Source: an uncultured Planctomycetota bacterium (GTDB taxonomy: Bacteria > Planctomycetota > Planctomycetia > Isosphaerales > Isosphaeraceae). Taken from it: 64,000 bases of DNA. The DNA is taken from contig CAWJTV010000034.1 in NCBI GenBank assembly GCA_963845755.1, forward strand, positions 1 to 64,000. The letters run 5' to 3'. Below, piece after piece: positions 22,536 to 35,200 of the stretch; the stretch's first letter is position 1; each line of letters opens with the position of its first letter. The notes under the pieces are model-generated. The model saw only the letters and a program-made list of their open reading frames with translations, ran no database searches and was not told where the DNA came from. A program made the translations under genes and the position numbers.

Positions 22536-23171
22536 ATGCGAGAGCCCGTCCTGATCTTCGACTTCGGCAACGTGATCGCCTTCTTCGACTATCTCCTGGC
22601 CTGGGAGAAGTTCGGCCGCCGGATGGGGCAGCCGGGTTCCGACTTGAAAGCTCTCCTCGAACAGCGCGGCTTCGCGGATCTGCACGGTCGATTCGAGTCG
22701 GGGCGGATGACTCCCGAGGCATTCGCCGTGAGCCTGATGGCCATGGGCGAGTTCGAGCTGCCCTATGCGGAGTTCGTCGCCGTCTGGCAGGACATCTTCT
22801 GGCTCAACGAGCCAGTGTCTCAGTTAATCACCTCCCTCAAATCGAGCGGCTATACGCTGCTGCTGGGATCGAACACGAACGTCCTGCACTCGACATTCTT
22901 TCGCCAGAGGTTCGTACCGCCCTTCGACCAGTTCGATCGGCTGGTGCTCTCTCACGAAGTCGGCCACATGAAGCCGGATCGACGCTTTTACGAAGCCTGC
23001 GTTGCCGTCGCGAAGGTTCCGCCTTCCTCGTGCGTCTTCATCGACGACTTGCTAGAGAACGTCGACGGCGCGCACCGGGCGGGCCTGGATGCGATCCCTT
23101 ACGTCACGACCCAGATGCTGATCGACGACTTAAGGAGCCGGGGAGTCGAGGTCCCGAGCCGTGAGAGCTGA
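22536..23171 (+). CDS. HAD-superfamily hydrolase (YihX-like phosphatase)
   Basis: IFDFGNV, SNT, SHEVGHMKPD, FIDD..NV. Confidence 0.9.
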   Translation: MREPVLIFDFGNVIAFFDYLLAWEKFGRRMGQPGSDLKALLEQRGFADLHGRFESGRMTPEAFAVSLMAMGEFELPYAEFVAVWQDIFWLNEPVSQLITSLKSSGYTLLLGSNTNVLHSTFFRQRFVPPFDQFDRLVLSHEVGHMKPDRRFYEACVAVAKVPPSSCVFIDDLLENVDGAHRAGLDAIPYVTTQMLIDDLRSRGVEVPSRES

Positions 23172-24438
23172 CCTCGCGCCACGGCGGGCGAGGTCCAGGA
23201 ACGAGATCACCCCGTCCCGGACCAGGTCCAATCTCCGGGCCGCGTGGACGAGCCATACGATGAAACCGTCCTCCGGGTCGAAGTAGAGGCGATGCAACGC
23301 CTTTTGCACCTTGGACCCGACGCGCATGGGGTACTCATCCGCTGGGAGTTGAAACAGGGTATGAATCTGGAAACTCGTGCAACCGCGAAGCGCGTACTCC
23401 ACGGCGACCCGGCCCGAGCTGATATCGCCGGTCGCACTGATCTCCGGGGAAGCATCGGGGATTTCGCCCTGCTGCTGGGCCCTGCGAAGCGCCGAGAGGA
23501 GACGGAGATTCCGATCGCTCAGGTCGGGTCCTCCGTACGCCACTCCGCGTCGGCCCTCGAAAACCCGATCGGGATCGAAGAGGCGATTCGCGTAGACGAG
23601 ATAATCCGGTCGGGTTTCGCCATGGACTTCGGCCAGCATCGCCAGTTGAAAGTCGTCGTCGTCGAGGCTGTTGAACAGCTTGAGACCGACCCGGACACGG
23701 CCGCCGTTCGTCGTGGCGGATCGGATCAGCCCCGGGACGCGCCTGAGCCACTCGACAACGTTGGCACGCTGGGTTGCTCGATCGGAGCCTGCCAGGGTCG
23801 GGGAGAAATCCTTCTCCAATGGCAAGATTGTCGCCCCGCCGCCGGACTGATAGGCGGCGAGCAAGGCGCGGCGTGGTCTCGCGATACTCCTCCTCGCGCC
23901 AGGTGGACTCGCCTCCCGCCGGGAGATGGTACTTGACCGACGGCACGACGAGCAGGTCGCCTCCCCGTGCGATCTCGGCGCCGGTCCGGACCAACTCCAG
24001 ATAATCGGCGAACGGCTGCCACCAACCTCGCCCTTTCCAGGTGATCGTCCATCCCTTCGCTCCGGTCACCGGGCTCGTGATCGGCTCGGGGACCATCTGC
24101 GATTCCTTGATCGCCCAGGCCGACATCGACTGCCGGCCCTGGGCATCCTGGGCGATCACCGTCTTGAGGACGACCAGCCCCAGGCGGGCCTCGGCGGCCT
24201 CCTCGATCTGCCTGCGATTGAGTGAGAGCTGCCCCGATGCCTTGCCCCACGGATTCCGGATCACCATCCCGGCGTACGAGGCCGTCAGATTCAGCCCATA
24301 GGACTCGCGGAGATAATGATCGAGATCCTCGGGGAGACCCTCGCCGGCGAAGCGTTGAAAGTCCGCTCGAACCTGTTTGACCAGTTCGTTGGGGACATCG
24401 GCGTGCGGGGGAAGCAGGTGGGACCGTGACTGAGACAT
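23130..24438 (-). CDS. Dihydroorotate dehydrogenase-like FMN TIM-barrel protein (frameshift ~23860)
   Basis: NPWGKASGQ, VVLKTV, VGLKL, VYAN, YGGPDL, ISATGDISSG, RGCTSFQIHT resemble DHOD/DPD motifs. Confidence 0.6.
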
Positions 24439-24471
24439 GGCGTCTCCGGGGTTGACATCTCTCGGCGAACT

Positions 24472-25436
24472 TCACGCCGATCGTAACCTCTCCAGTCGTG
24501 CGAGACACGCGCCGATGCGATCGAACTCGGCCGGGTCAAGGGCCGGTCCCCAGGGGTCGTAGGCGGCATCCCGAGGGATGACGCCCTGGTGAACCAGGCA
24601 CCAGAGCATGCGTTGAATATAACCTTCCATCGGGGCAACAAAGGTTTGCTGGGCCAGATCGTCAATCGCGGCGTTCAATTCGAGGAACCGGCCTGCATCG
24701 CCTCGCCAGAAGGACCGGAGCAACTCGGCTTGCCAGTCCGTGCAGGCCGCCGCCATGCCGATCAGCGCGGCCTCGGCACCGCACATCAGGCTATAGCCGA
24801 GGAATCGGTCTTCGCCGGTGATCAGGAGCTTATCGGGAGCCCGATCACGGATCAGTCGCGCAATGTCCTGGAAGGTCATCACACTGTCGAGAGTGGCGAC
24901 CTTGATACCCAGGACCTCGGGAAGTCCGAGGAGCGCCTCGAGCAATTTTGGCGGATAGGAGATACCTCCCGCGACTTCATAGAGATAGAATAAGACCAGC
25001 GGCAAGCCCACCTCGGCGAGTTCGGCGTGGTAATCCAGGATGAGCAGATCTCGGTCGTCGCGATCGCGAAAGGCGACGGGGGGGTGGACAAGGAGTGCAT
25101 CGGCCCCAAGACTGGCCGCGCGCGGGCCATCGATCGGGCCGCGACGAACACCTCCGGGACCTCCCGGTGTTCCTGCCGGGCGCCTGCCGCTGCAATCAGG
25201 AAGCGGCCGGGAGGAAGCGCACGACGCCACGCATCGAGGACATGATCACGCGTAGCATCGCTCAACCGAAGTCCCCGCCCTGTGTGGGCCCAGACCGCCA
25301 CTCCGGCGACCGGTTGGCCGGCCATCCAGGCCATGTAACGCTCAAGAGCCGGTTCGTGAACTTCCCCCTCGCACCCGAACGGGACCGGCACCGCCGGGAT
25401 CAACCCCCCTCTGAGCTGTTCCATCAAGATCGTCAT
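24472..25436 (-). CDS. Dihydrodipicolinate synthase (DapA)-family aldolase/dehydratase (frameshift ~25120)
   Basis: GLIPAVPVPF, GADALLVHPP, LPLVLFY, VLGIKVA (Schiff-base Lys), ITGED. Confidence 0.85.
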
Positions 25437-26245
25437 GGGGACCTCACCCGATTCCACCAACCTTCCCAGCACGCGAGCGGCCGGCCCACCACGGGCTCCG
25501 CTCATTCGGGAGCACCCATTATCCCTCAACAACCGGCCGAGGCAATCTCCTCCATTCCGTCTCCCCCAGTCCGTCATCGCCGCGTCCTGGGACTGGACCC
25601 GGATCCATCGGCACCCCTTTCAAAAAGCCCGTATCATGAGCACCACGTTTGACTTCTTGATTCCAGAGGACAGACTCCTACTGACTCAATTTCCGCGCGT
25701 CGTGCGGCCCCGGAATTCATCGCGACTCCCCCACCGACTCACATCCTACCGAATTCCGAACAGTCGGGGCTTGACGAACGGAATCAACGACGTAATGATT
25801 GACTGCGTGCATGAGGCCAATCGAGCATCTCATCGACGATCCGGCCGCACTCCTCTCGGCATGAGTGAGAAAGCGACTGTGTTGCGGATGTGGGATGCCC
25901 TGGAGGCTTCAAGGAGAATCTGTGCGGGTTCAGCCGGACGCCTGGCAGGGCGGAGTCCTTCGGGACAAGGGCCGTGACCAGGCAACGCCGGGCAAGACAT
26001 GACGGGCGACACGCCGCACCTCGCACCGCAGGACGGGAAGGATTTCGAGGACGTGATCTGAAGGATTCCTTGGCTGTGGACGGGTCGGAGACTTGCTGAC
26101 GGTGCTGACGCGCCGGCGTGGCGGTGTCCGAAGCGGATACTCGTGAGTCACCTTGATCGTGGGAGCCCTGGCCCCCGAACGCACGGATTTCGATTCGCGT
26201 TCCGGCAGGGTCGAAGCTCAACAAGCTAATTCGGGGAGTCTGTCG

Positions 26246-29200
26246 ATGGGTAGCTTCAAGAGAAACGGTCGGAGTCAGGGGCCCAATCGGCGCCGCAACC
26301 AGTCGAAGTCGAGGCGGCAGGGCTTCCCGGGGGTTGAATCGCTCGAGGAGCGTCGTCTGCTGAGCGGGCCCGGCGAGACGTCGTTGAATCCCTTGTGGAC
26401 ACCGACGTCCACGAATCTTTTCGACGCACAGAACGGCCCGATGGCCAACCTGGGCGTCCAGCTCGTCGACATCTACAAGGCCTATGTCGGCAGCAATGGC
26501 AACACCGGCGCACTGGCCGCCGAATTCCCGCAGATCGAGTTCCAGAACGGGATGGTGGGCACGCAGCTCAAGAGCTTGGGCGGCGACTTCAGCCAGTTCG
26601 TCTCGCAGCTCACCAACGTGGGGATGCACATCACGGACTCGAGTTCCTACTACGGGTTGGTGGACGGCTACGCCCCGGTCTACGAGCTACCGACCATCGC
26701 CGCGATGGCCCAGACCCAGAGCGGTACGGCGAACTATTACCCGGTCGCCCTTCAGTCGTATCAAGGAGAAGCGGACAACGAGGCGATGACCTCGACCTTC
26801 TCGGACGTGGCGCGGACCCAGTTCGGTGTGGACGGGTCCGGCGTGACGGTCGGCGTGCTCTCGACGAGCGTCAGTCAGTTTGCCGGCGGTCTGGCGGATT
26901 CCTACAAGACCGGCGACCTGAATGCCAGCAGCCCCGTGGACGTCGTCCAGGATGCCCCGGCCGGAAACGCGGCGATCGACACCGACGAAGGTCGCGCGAT
27001 GCTCGAGAACATCCACGACATCGCACCGGGCTCCAGCCTCGCGTTCGCCACCGGAGAGGTCGGCGGAGACCTCGGCTTCGCCCAGAACATCCAGGCCCTC
27101 CAGAAGGCGGGGTCGAACATCGAGGTCGACGACCTCGGCGTTCCCGACGATCCGATGTTCCAGAACGGCCTGGTCGCGCAGGCGATCAGCTCGGTCACCT
27201 CGGCGGGTGTCACCTACTTCAGCGCCGCCGGCAACACCGCCAATCAGGGCTATCTCTCGACGTTCCGGGCTGCGAGCGCGAACATCACCGGCATCGGCAG
27301 CGGCACGTACATGAATTTCAACCCCGGCGGGGCGACGAACGTCGAGCTGCCGATCACCACCGACGGTGCCAACGCCGAGCTGGTCTTCGAGTACGACCAG
27401 CCCTTCGAGACCCAGGAGCCCGCCGGATCACCCGGGAAGGTGACCTCGGACGTCAACATCTACGTCATCGACGCGACGACCGGAACCGTCGTCGTCGGGG
27501 CCACGGCGAACAACAACAACGTCGCCATCCAGGAACCCTTCCAGGATGTGGTCATCCCCAGCGCCGGCTCCTATTACGTCGCCATCCAGGTCGTCTCCGG
27601 ATCGAACCCGGGACATGTGGAATTTGTAAATTTCAATGAAAATGTCAATGTAACGATCAGCCAGCAGTACGGCAGCGCCGGCGGGACCTTCTACCCGACC
27701 TCATCCGGCCACAACGCGTCGGCCGCCAACATCGGCGTCGGGGCGACGCCCTGGTGGGCACCGGCGCCGTACCTCGCCCAGAGTCCGCTGGCTAACGAGC
27801 CGTTCAGCTCCGACGGTCCGGAGTTGACCGTCCTGAACGTGGACGGCAGTCCGATCTCCGGCGGGCCCGTCGAGGTCCTGAACCCGACGGTCACGGCGCC
27901 CGACGGCGGCAACACCTCGTTCTTCCCGCCGACGACGGAACAGCCCCTGATCGACACCAGCAATCCGCCCTTCCCCGGCGAACCCGCGACGACCACCAAC
28001 CTCGCGCAAGCCTTGCCGAGCTTCTTCGGCACGTCCTCGGCGGCCCCGAACGCCGCGGCCATCGCCGCCCTGATGAAGCAACTGGTCCCCACCCTCACAC
28101 CGGCCGAGATCCGTCAGGGCATGATCACCGCGGCCGAGAACACCCCCATGAACGGCTCGACGGCCGGGACCTGGGACCCGCAGAGCGGCTACGGGCTGCT
28201 CAACGCGATCGATGCCCTGAACGCCGTCGATGTCCTGAGGGTCAGCTCGACCAGCCCGGCCGCGGGCGCGACCGTCACCTCCGCGCCGAGCTTCATCCAG
28301 GTGACCTTCAACAAGCCGGTTAATTTCTCGACCCTCTCGGCCGCCGACCTCACCTTCACCTCCGCGCCAGCCGGTGTTACGGTCGTCGTCGGGGCGCCGA
28401 TCGTCGACCCGAGCAACACGAACCCGAACGCACCGACGATCATCGACTTCCCCATCACCCTCCGGAAGGCCGCGGGCCTCCTGGCCAACGGCAAGTACAC
28501 GTTCTCCGTCCAGGATCCGACGACCGGGACCCAGGTCGTTTCCGAGGATGGGAAGAGCCTGGTCGGTTCCGGTGCGATCACCTTCACGCTCGCCGACACG
28601 ACGGCACCGACGGTCGTCAACACGACGGTGAGCGGTCGGACCATCCAGATCAAGTTCAGCAAGGCGCTCGACCCCAATACCGTGACGCTGGGCAACATCT
28701 TCGTCCTCCGCGAAGGGACCAACAATCCCGTCTGGCCTCCCTCGCCTACGGACCTCTCCAGCTACATCAACCTGAATAGCGACCCGCGCGCCACGATCAG
28801 CTACAATCCGCTCACGTTCACGGTGACGCTGGATTATAGCAACCTGCCCCAGACCGAGATGCCGTCCGACAATTACGCGATCATCGTGCAGAGCGCCACC
28901 GCGTCGGGCGCCGGAGTCACGGACCTGGTCGGCAACGCGCTGGACGGCTATTTCACCGGCACGTTCCCCACCTCGGCCTTCGACGGCGGTCCCTACGACT
29001 TCATCCAGAACCTGGGGTTCGAGGCGCTCCAGGCCCCGAGCATCACCACGTTCGAGATGGATCCGGCCTCCGATTCCGGCCTCCCCAACGACCAGAACAC
29101 GAACCTGAGCCAGCCGCAGTTCATCGGGCAGATCTACGTACCCTTCCCCGGCTCGGTCTCCGGCGACCAGATCCTGGTCGAGTTCAGCGGCGACAACGGC

Positions 29201-32200
29201 GGTACGACCAGCCTGGCCGCAGGTTCGGGCGGGCGCGGTTTCGTGGGCAAGTTCGACGTCATCACGACCACGACCTCGGCGGGCACGTTCACGGTGAGCG
29301 CGCCGGTGCTGCAAGAGGGCTTCCAGAACGCCGTGGCCGTCGTCGTCGGCCAGGCGGACCTGCCCCCATTGCCGGGCTTGTCCTCCGCGTTCACCGATGC
29401 GTTCCGCATCGACAAGACGGCGCCCCAGATCACCTCGGCCTCGTTCACCCAGGGTGGTACGAGCCTGCCCCAGCCCAACTCCGGCCTGCCGAATAGCACG
29501 GACATCGCCAGCCTGAGCTCGTTGTATCTGTCCGTGTCCGACCCGGTCAATCCCCAGGTCGCCCCCTTCGGCACGCCGAGCTCCGTCCAGTTCCCGGCGC
29601 TGGATCCGTCCACGGCATCCAACGTCAGCAATTACTCGCTGGTCAACGTCGCGACCAACACCGACGAGTCGCAGTTCATCGCCAGCGCGACCTTCGTTTC
29701 CCAGGACCCGACGGTCAATGCCGCCGGGTTCATCGTGGCCTACAACGGCTATATCGCGCTGACCTTCACACCGGGACTTCCCAGCGGCTCCTACGAGTTC
29801 ATCGCCCACACTCACGAGCTCCAGTATCCCGGCCTGACGGACGCGGCGGGCAACTTCCTCGACGACACGTCGGTCCTGCCCGGCGAGGGTACGAGGGACT
29901 TCATCCTCAACCTCGCCATCCAGAGCGTGCCGACGTACGTCACCAGCATGGCCCTGGAGAACGGCTACAGCCCAGACCGGCTCGACGGCCGTCGGCGGCG
30001 TGCAGTCCTACTTCGAGGTGCCGCCTACGAGCGGGACGAACACGCGCGACAACGTCCAGGCGCCGCCCAACACCGTCGTCATCGACCTCTCCAACCCCGT
30101 CCCGTTCGCGAATTACACGCCGGACGTCCTCCTGGTCGGGTCGGCCGACTCCTCGAACGCCCCGGCCGACGGCGATTTCGGCAACCTGGGCGAGGGCGGC
30201 CTCGGCGCCGGCGGCAGCGGATTCACGATCGTCCCCGGGACCACCGTCACGCTGTACAACTACAACATCACGTCCGGGACCTCGACCCAGGTCCTGGCAG
30301 GCGGCCAGGGCAATCGGCTGGTGCTCCAGCTCGCCGCCGGCACCACGCTGTCGCCCGACGACTACCGGATCTACATGCCCAACCAGGTCGATGCCTCGGG
30401 GAACGACACCCGGATCTTCGATATTTACGGCAATCAGCTCGACGGCGAGTTCCTCGGCAACCAGACCTCGCAACCCAGCCCGGATTTCCCGGGGGTCCCG
30501 TCCAATGTCAGCATCCCCGAGTATGAGGATGAGCAGTCCAACGGCACCATGCAAATGGACGACATGAGCGGCGACGGCGTGGCCGGCGGCGCGTTCGTGA
30601 CGGGATTCACCGTCGTGCCTTACGGGAACATCGTGTACGCTCGGCCCGACTATATCGAGAATCCCCTGCTGCCGAGCACGCTGTCCACCGGCACCATGGC
30701 CAACCCTTACCCCGTGCTGGCCCCCGAGGGCGACCCCAATTCGCCCCTGGCGGCCAATCCGACCCACGACCCGAACCTCGGCCTGAACAACCCGGCGTTC
30801 TTCGAGCCCGGCAGCTTCAACAACGCCTACGACTTCAGTGGCGACGGCAAGTACGAGCAGTCGGCCTTCTACGCGGCCTCGCAGTTGGCCTTCAACGGGC
30901 CGGTCGTGGTTGTGGCCCTGCCCGGCCTCCCGTCGCGGAATCCCGTGACCGGCGCCGTGACCGAGGCGAGCTTCACCCTCGTCGCCCCGGCCACCAATAA
31001 CAGCGGGTCGGGCGGCAGCGCCTCCGTGCCGTTCGACACGATGCTCGTCTTCACGCCGGGCACGACCCTCAAGCTCCACGACGCCTCGCTGTTCGTGCAG
31101 AACCAGGGGAGTGGCGCTCCAGTCCGAGGGGACGGCGTCCGATCCGGTGACGTTCACGTCCTACAACGACGCCAGCACCGGTGGTGCCACCAACAACAAC
31201 CCCGACACGACGCCGCTGCCCGGCGACTGGGGCGGCGTCGTCTTCCGCAACTACGACAACGCGGTGGCCGCCCAGCACCTGACCACCTTCCCGGTGGATG
31301 GGTCGCTGGTCGGGCTCAACGGCGCGGCCGCGGTCTCCGGCGCCCAGGATGCGATGTCGATCATCAATTTCACGGACATCAAGTATGCCGGCGGGTCCGT
31401 GCCGACGGGCACCAGCAATTTCTACAGCGGCATCACCCTGTACAACTCCCGCCCGATGATCACCAACGACACCATCGCCGCCTCGGGCGGGACCGGTGGC
31501 ACGGAAGGGGCGATCGGCGCCGACATGGACTCGCTCCGCGAGGACGACACGGCGCGCGGCTTCCTCGTCCGGAGCGTCATTGCGACCGGCAACAGCCTCA
31601 ACGGCATCTACCTCATGGCCGAGACCAACGGCTTCGTCGAGCCGACGAGCGCCACCAGCGCGAATCCCAACTTCCCGCTGAATCCGTCCACGCTGGGCGG
31701 CTCGATCAACTACACGCTCGAGGCCCCCCTCCCCTACCTCGTCGTGGCCCAGCTCGTCGTCGGCCAGGAACTGCTCGAGAACACCGGGGGCGAGACGAGC
31801 TTCGTCACGAACCGGCTCTACATCCAGCCCGGCACGGTCCTCAAGTTCAACGGCGGCTCGGGACTCGACGTGCTCAACCCCGGGGCCAGCCTCAACGTCG
31901 GCTCGCGGTCGTACATCAACGGCTTCGACGCCGACAACAGCTACAGTCCCAATTCGCCTAACTTCTCGGAGGAAGGCGCGAACGATCCGCAGGTGCTATT
32001 CACCTCGATCTACGACGATGCGGCGTCCACGCCCTTCGTGCCGGCCCTCGATGCATTCAGCGAGCCGAGCACGAAGACCCTCGCGCCCAGCCTGTGGGGC
32101 AGCGTCGGGATCATCAGTGGCGGCGTCGTCGTCATCAACGACGCCACCTTCAGGTACGGCGGCGGCCAGGTCAACTCGCGGACCTTCACCATCCCTTCGC

Positions 32201-35200
32201 AGTCGGTGCTGGCGTTCATCACGTTCGATTGGGACGGCTACTTCTTCGTTTCTGCCGACCCGACACTCGGCACGCACGCCTACATCACCAACAACAACTT
32301 CATCGACAACTTCGACTCCGCGATGCAGATCGAGCCCGACGGCCTGCTGGCGGGCGATCCGCTCCGGCCGCTGCTCTCCGGCCATCCATTCCTCCGCGGC
32401 AACGTGATGCAAGGCAACGGCATCGATGGACTCGGCGTCGTGGCCAATCGCGTCTATCAATACCTGGACGTCAATGGCGTCCCGAACTTTGATGACTACC
32501 TCGGTCCCCGTGACGCCATCGCCGTAAGTGCCGCCTACGAAAACCTGGACGTCAACTCGGTCTGGGATCTCACCGACATCACTTACGTCGTCCGTGGAAC
32601 GATCGTCCTCGGCGGCGCGGACAGCGCTTTCGGTGCCGGCGATGATGGCCTACCGACACCCGGGACCACCTTCACGGCGCCGCCTGCGCCGGTTGTGTCG
32701 TTGACCATTCAGGCCGCGCTGCCCGGCACCCTCCTGGCCGACGGCGAGACCATCCCCAGCCCAGGGCAGTCGGTGATCGTGAAGATGTTGAATGACGAGC
32801 CCGTCCAGGGCGATGGCCTGGCCATCAACGGCGTGGGCGGGCCCCCCTCGATCCAGCAGAACGGCGCCGGGTTCGTCGTCGGCGTGGATGACGGCCTCGA
32901 TCCGCCGACCCCGCTCGAGGGCGCTTTCGACCCGGGAGCCTATTCCGAATTCCGCCTCCTCGGCATTCCAGGCAACCAGACCACCGGCCAGGAGCGCGTA
33001 CCGGTGATCATCACCTCGCTCCGCGACGACACGGTCGGGACGACCGTCCGCGGCGTGAAGATGTACGACATCCTGGAGAACGATCCGGTCTACCAGCAAG
33101 TCGTCAACACCAATACCGCCACCAACTCGCTGACCACGCCCGAGCCCGGCGACGCTGGTGTCATCTACATCGGCGGCAACTCGATGCCGGAATGGGACCC
33201 CACCAATCCCTTCGATGGCAGCCTCATCCAGGATGCCGACATCTCCTATATGACCCGGATCGAGGAGCAAGGCGCCGGCCTCATCTACACGGTCGAGGGC
33301 TCGAGCGTCACGGCCGGCGAGTGGCAGGATGAGAAACAGGGCTATGGCGAGGGTGGGATCATCGGGCCGGGCTTCGGGTTCAAATCCCAGCCGGAGAACC
33401 AGCTCAACTCCCCCATGATCTTCACCATCTCGAACTCGAACCTCGCCGACTTCTCCGACGCGGGTGTCTTCGTCCATCCGTTGAACGGCGGGCGGACTCA
33501 ACATGACGGCACCGCTCTACTCACGCCCCTTCGACCCCGAGGGTGCTTACCTGTACATGTATAACGACACGGTGTCGAACATGCCTCAGGGGGTGCACAT
33601 CAACTCCCGGAGCGATAACGACACGTCCGCGCCCAGCCCCCAGGAGGCCGTGATCGAGAACACGACGTTCTACAACGACACCTTCGGCGTGCAGACGATC
33701 GCTCCGCAGTTCAATGGCCAGAATAATCTGTCCGAAGTCACCACGTTGCTGATGAACGACATCTTCGACGGCTCGTCGCAAATCGCGGTGAATATCCAGG
33801 GACAGGCGGGCTTCAGCGAGCTCCAGTACAACCTGTTCTTCAACAACGGCCAGAACGACGTCATCACGACCACCGATGGGGATTTCGGCGGTGCCGCCGG
33901 CTCGTTCGAGGGCGATCCGCAGTTCGTCGGTCCGGTCGGCGCGACCAACGACGCGACCGCCGAGAATTTCGAGCTGGAGTCAACCTCGCCGGCGATCGAC
34001 GCGGGCCGCAGCGAAATCGGACCGATCCCGGTCGCCAACGCGATCTATCCGTCCGTTACCCTCTCGCTCGGTGGCGGCCTCATCTCCGAGCTCATCACCG
34101 ATCCCAACACGTTGCCGGGCGACGAGGAGCCGGGACACTTCAACCCAGACGGCGGATTCGTCGAGATCCTCGATCAGCGCCAGCTCGTCACCTTGCCGGG
34201 GAGCGGCTCTTTCAGCTTCCCCGACGAGTGGCAACCCGTCCTGACCAGCAACCCCAATGGGTTTACCACGTCGTACGCCGCGGCAGGGACTTACAACTAC
34301 GAGCAGATCACGGGCGTGCGCGACATCCTGGGATATATCCGCGTCCCCGACCCGAACGTCCCCGGCGTCGGCTTCGGCAGCAACCCGTTCATCGACATCG
34401 GTGCTTATCAGTACGTCAACCTGAACCCGCCCAAGGTGACCGCGGTCCAGGCGACCGTGTCCAGCTCCAGCTCCAGCACCGGCACGACCACGGTCCCGTT
34501 CTACACGGTCGGGGGCCAGGCGGGGAGCAACACGACCCCGTCGACCATCTCCGTGACCTTCAACGAACCGATCGATCCCACCACGCTGAACGGCAACACC
34601 ATCCAGCTCGAAGAGCTCGGGCTCGCCCCCGGTACGAAGCAGCAGTTCATCAACCTCGCCGGCAAGGTGTCCTACAATAGTGTTACCGACCAGGTGATCA
34701 TCAGTCTGGGTGCCAGCGGGCTGTCGTTGCCGACGGACGAGTATGAGCTCATCCTGTTCGGCAGCGGCTCGCCGGTGATCGCCAACACGCAGGGCATCGC
34801 CCTCGATGGTGAGGACCTCTCCAACGGCGACAATCCCAATAGCGGCGTCACTCAGGCGCTCCCCTCGGGTAACGGCTATCCGGGCGGCAACTTCTACGAT
34901 CCGTTCATCATCAACACGACACCGCCCTCGGTCACCACGGGCACGTTCCAGATGTCGTCCACCACCGATTCCAATATCGTGGGCGACGACATCACCAACG
35001 TGGGCCAGCCGACGTTCGTCGGCACGATCACCGAGCCGAACCCCACCCTGGTCCCGCTGGCCGGCCAGACGGCCATGGTCAACGTCGGCCTGGACATCAA
35101 CGGAGTGACGTACTTCTCGGCCAGTCAACTCCCCGCCAACCTCGCGCAGTATGCGGCGTACATCCGTCCGGACGCGGGGAGCGGCCTGACCGACGCCAGC

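Noticed and set aside
27701..29815. Long antisense ORFs (this 704-aa one, also 5029-6735, 52826-54637, 17844-19070)
   Set aside because: Shadow ORFs from high-GC codon bias opposite well-supported genes; no recognisable motifs.
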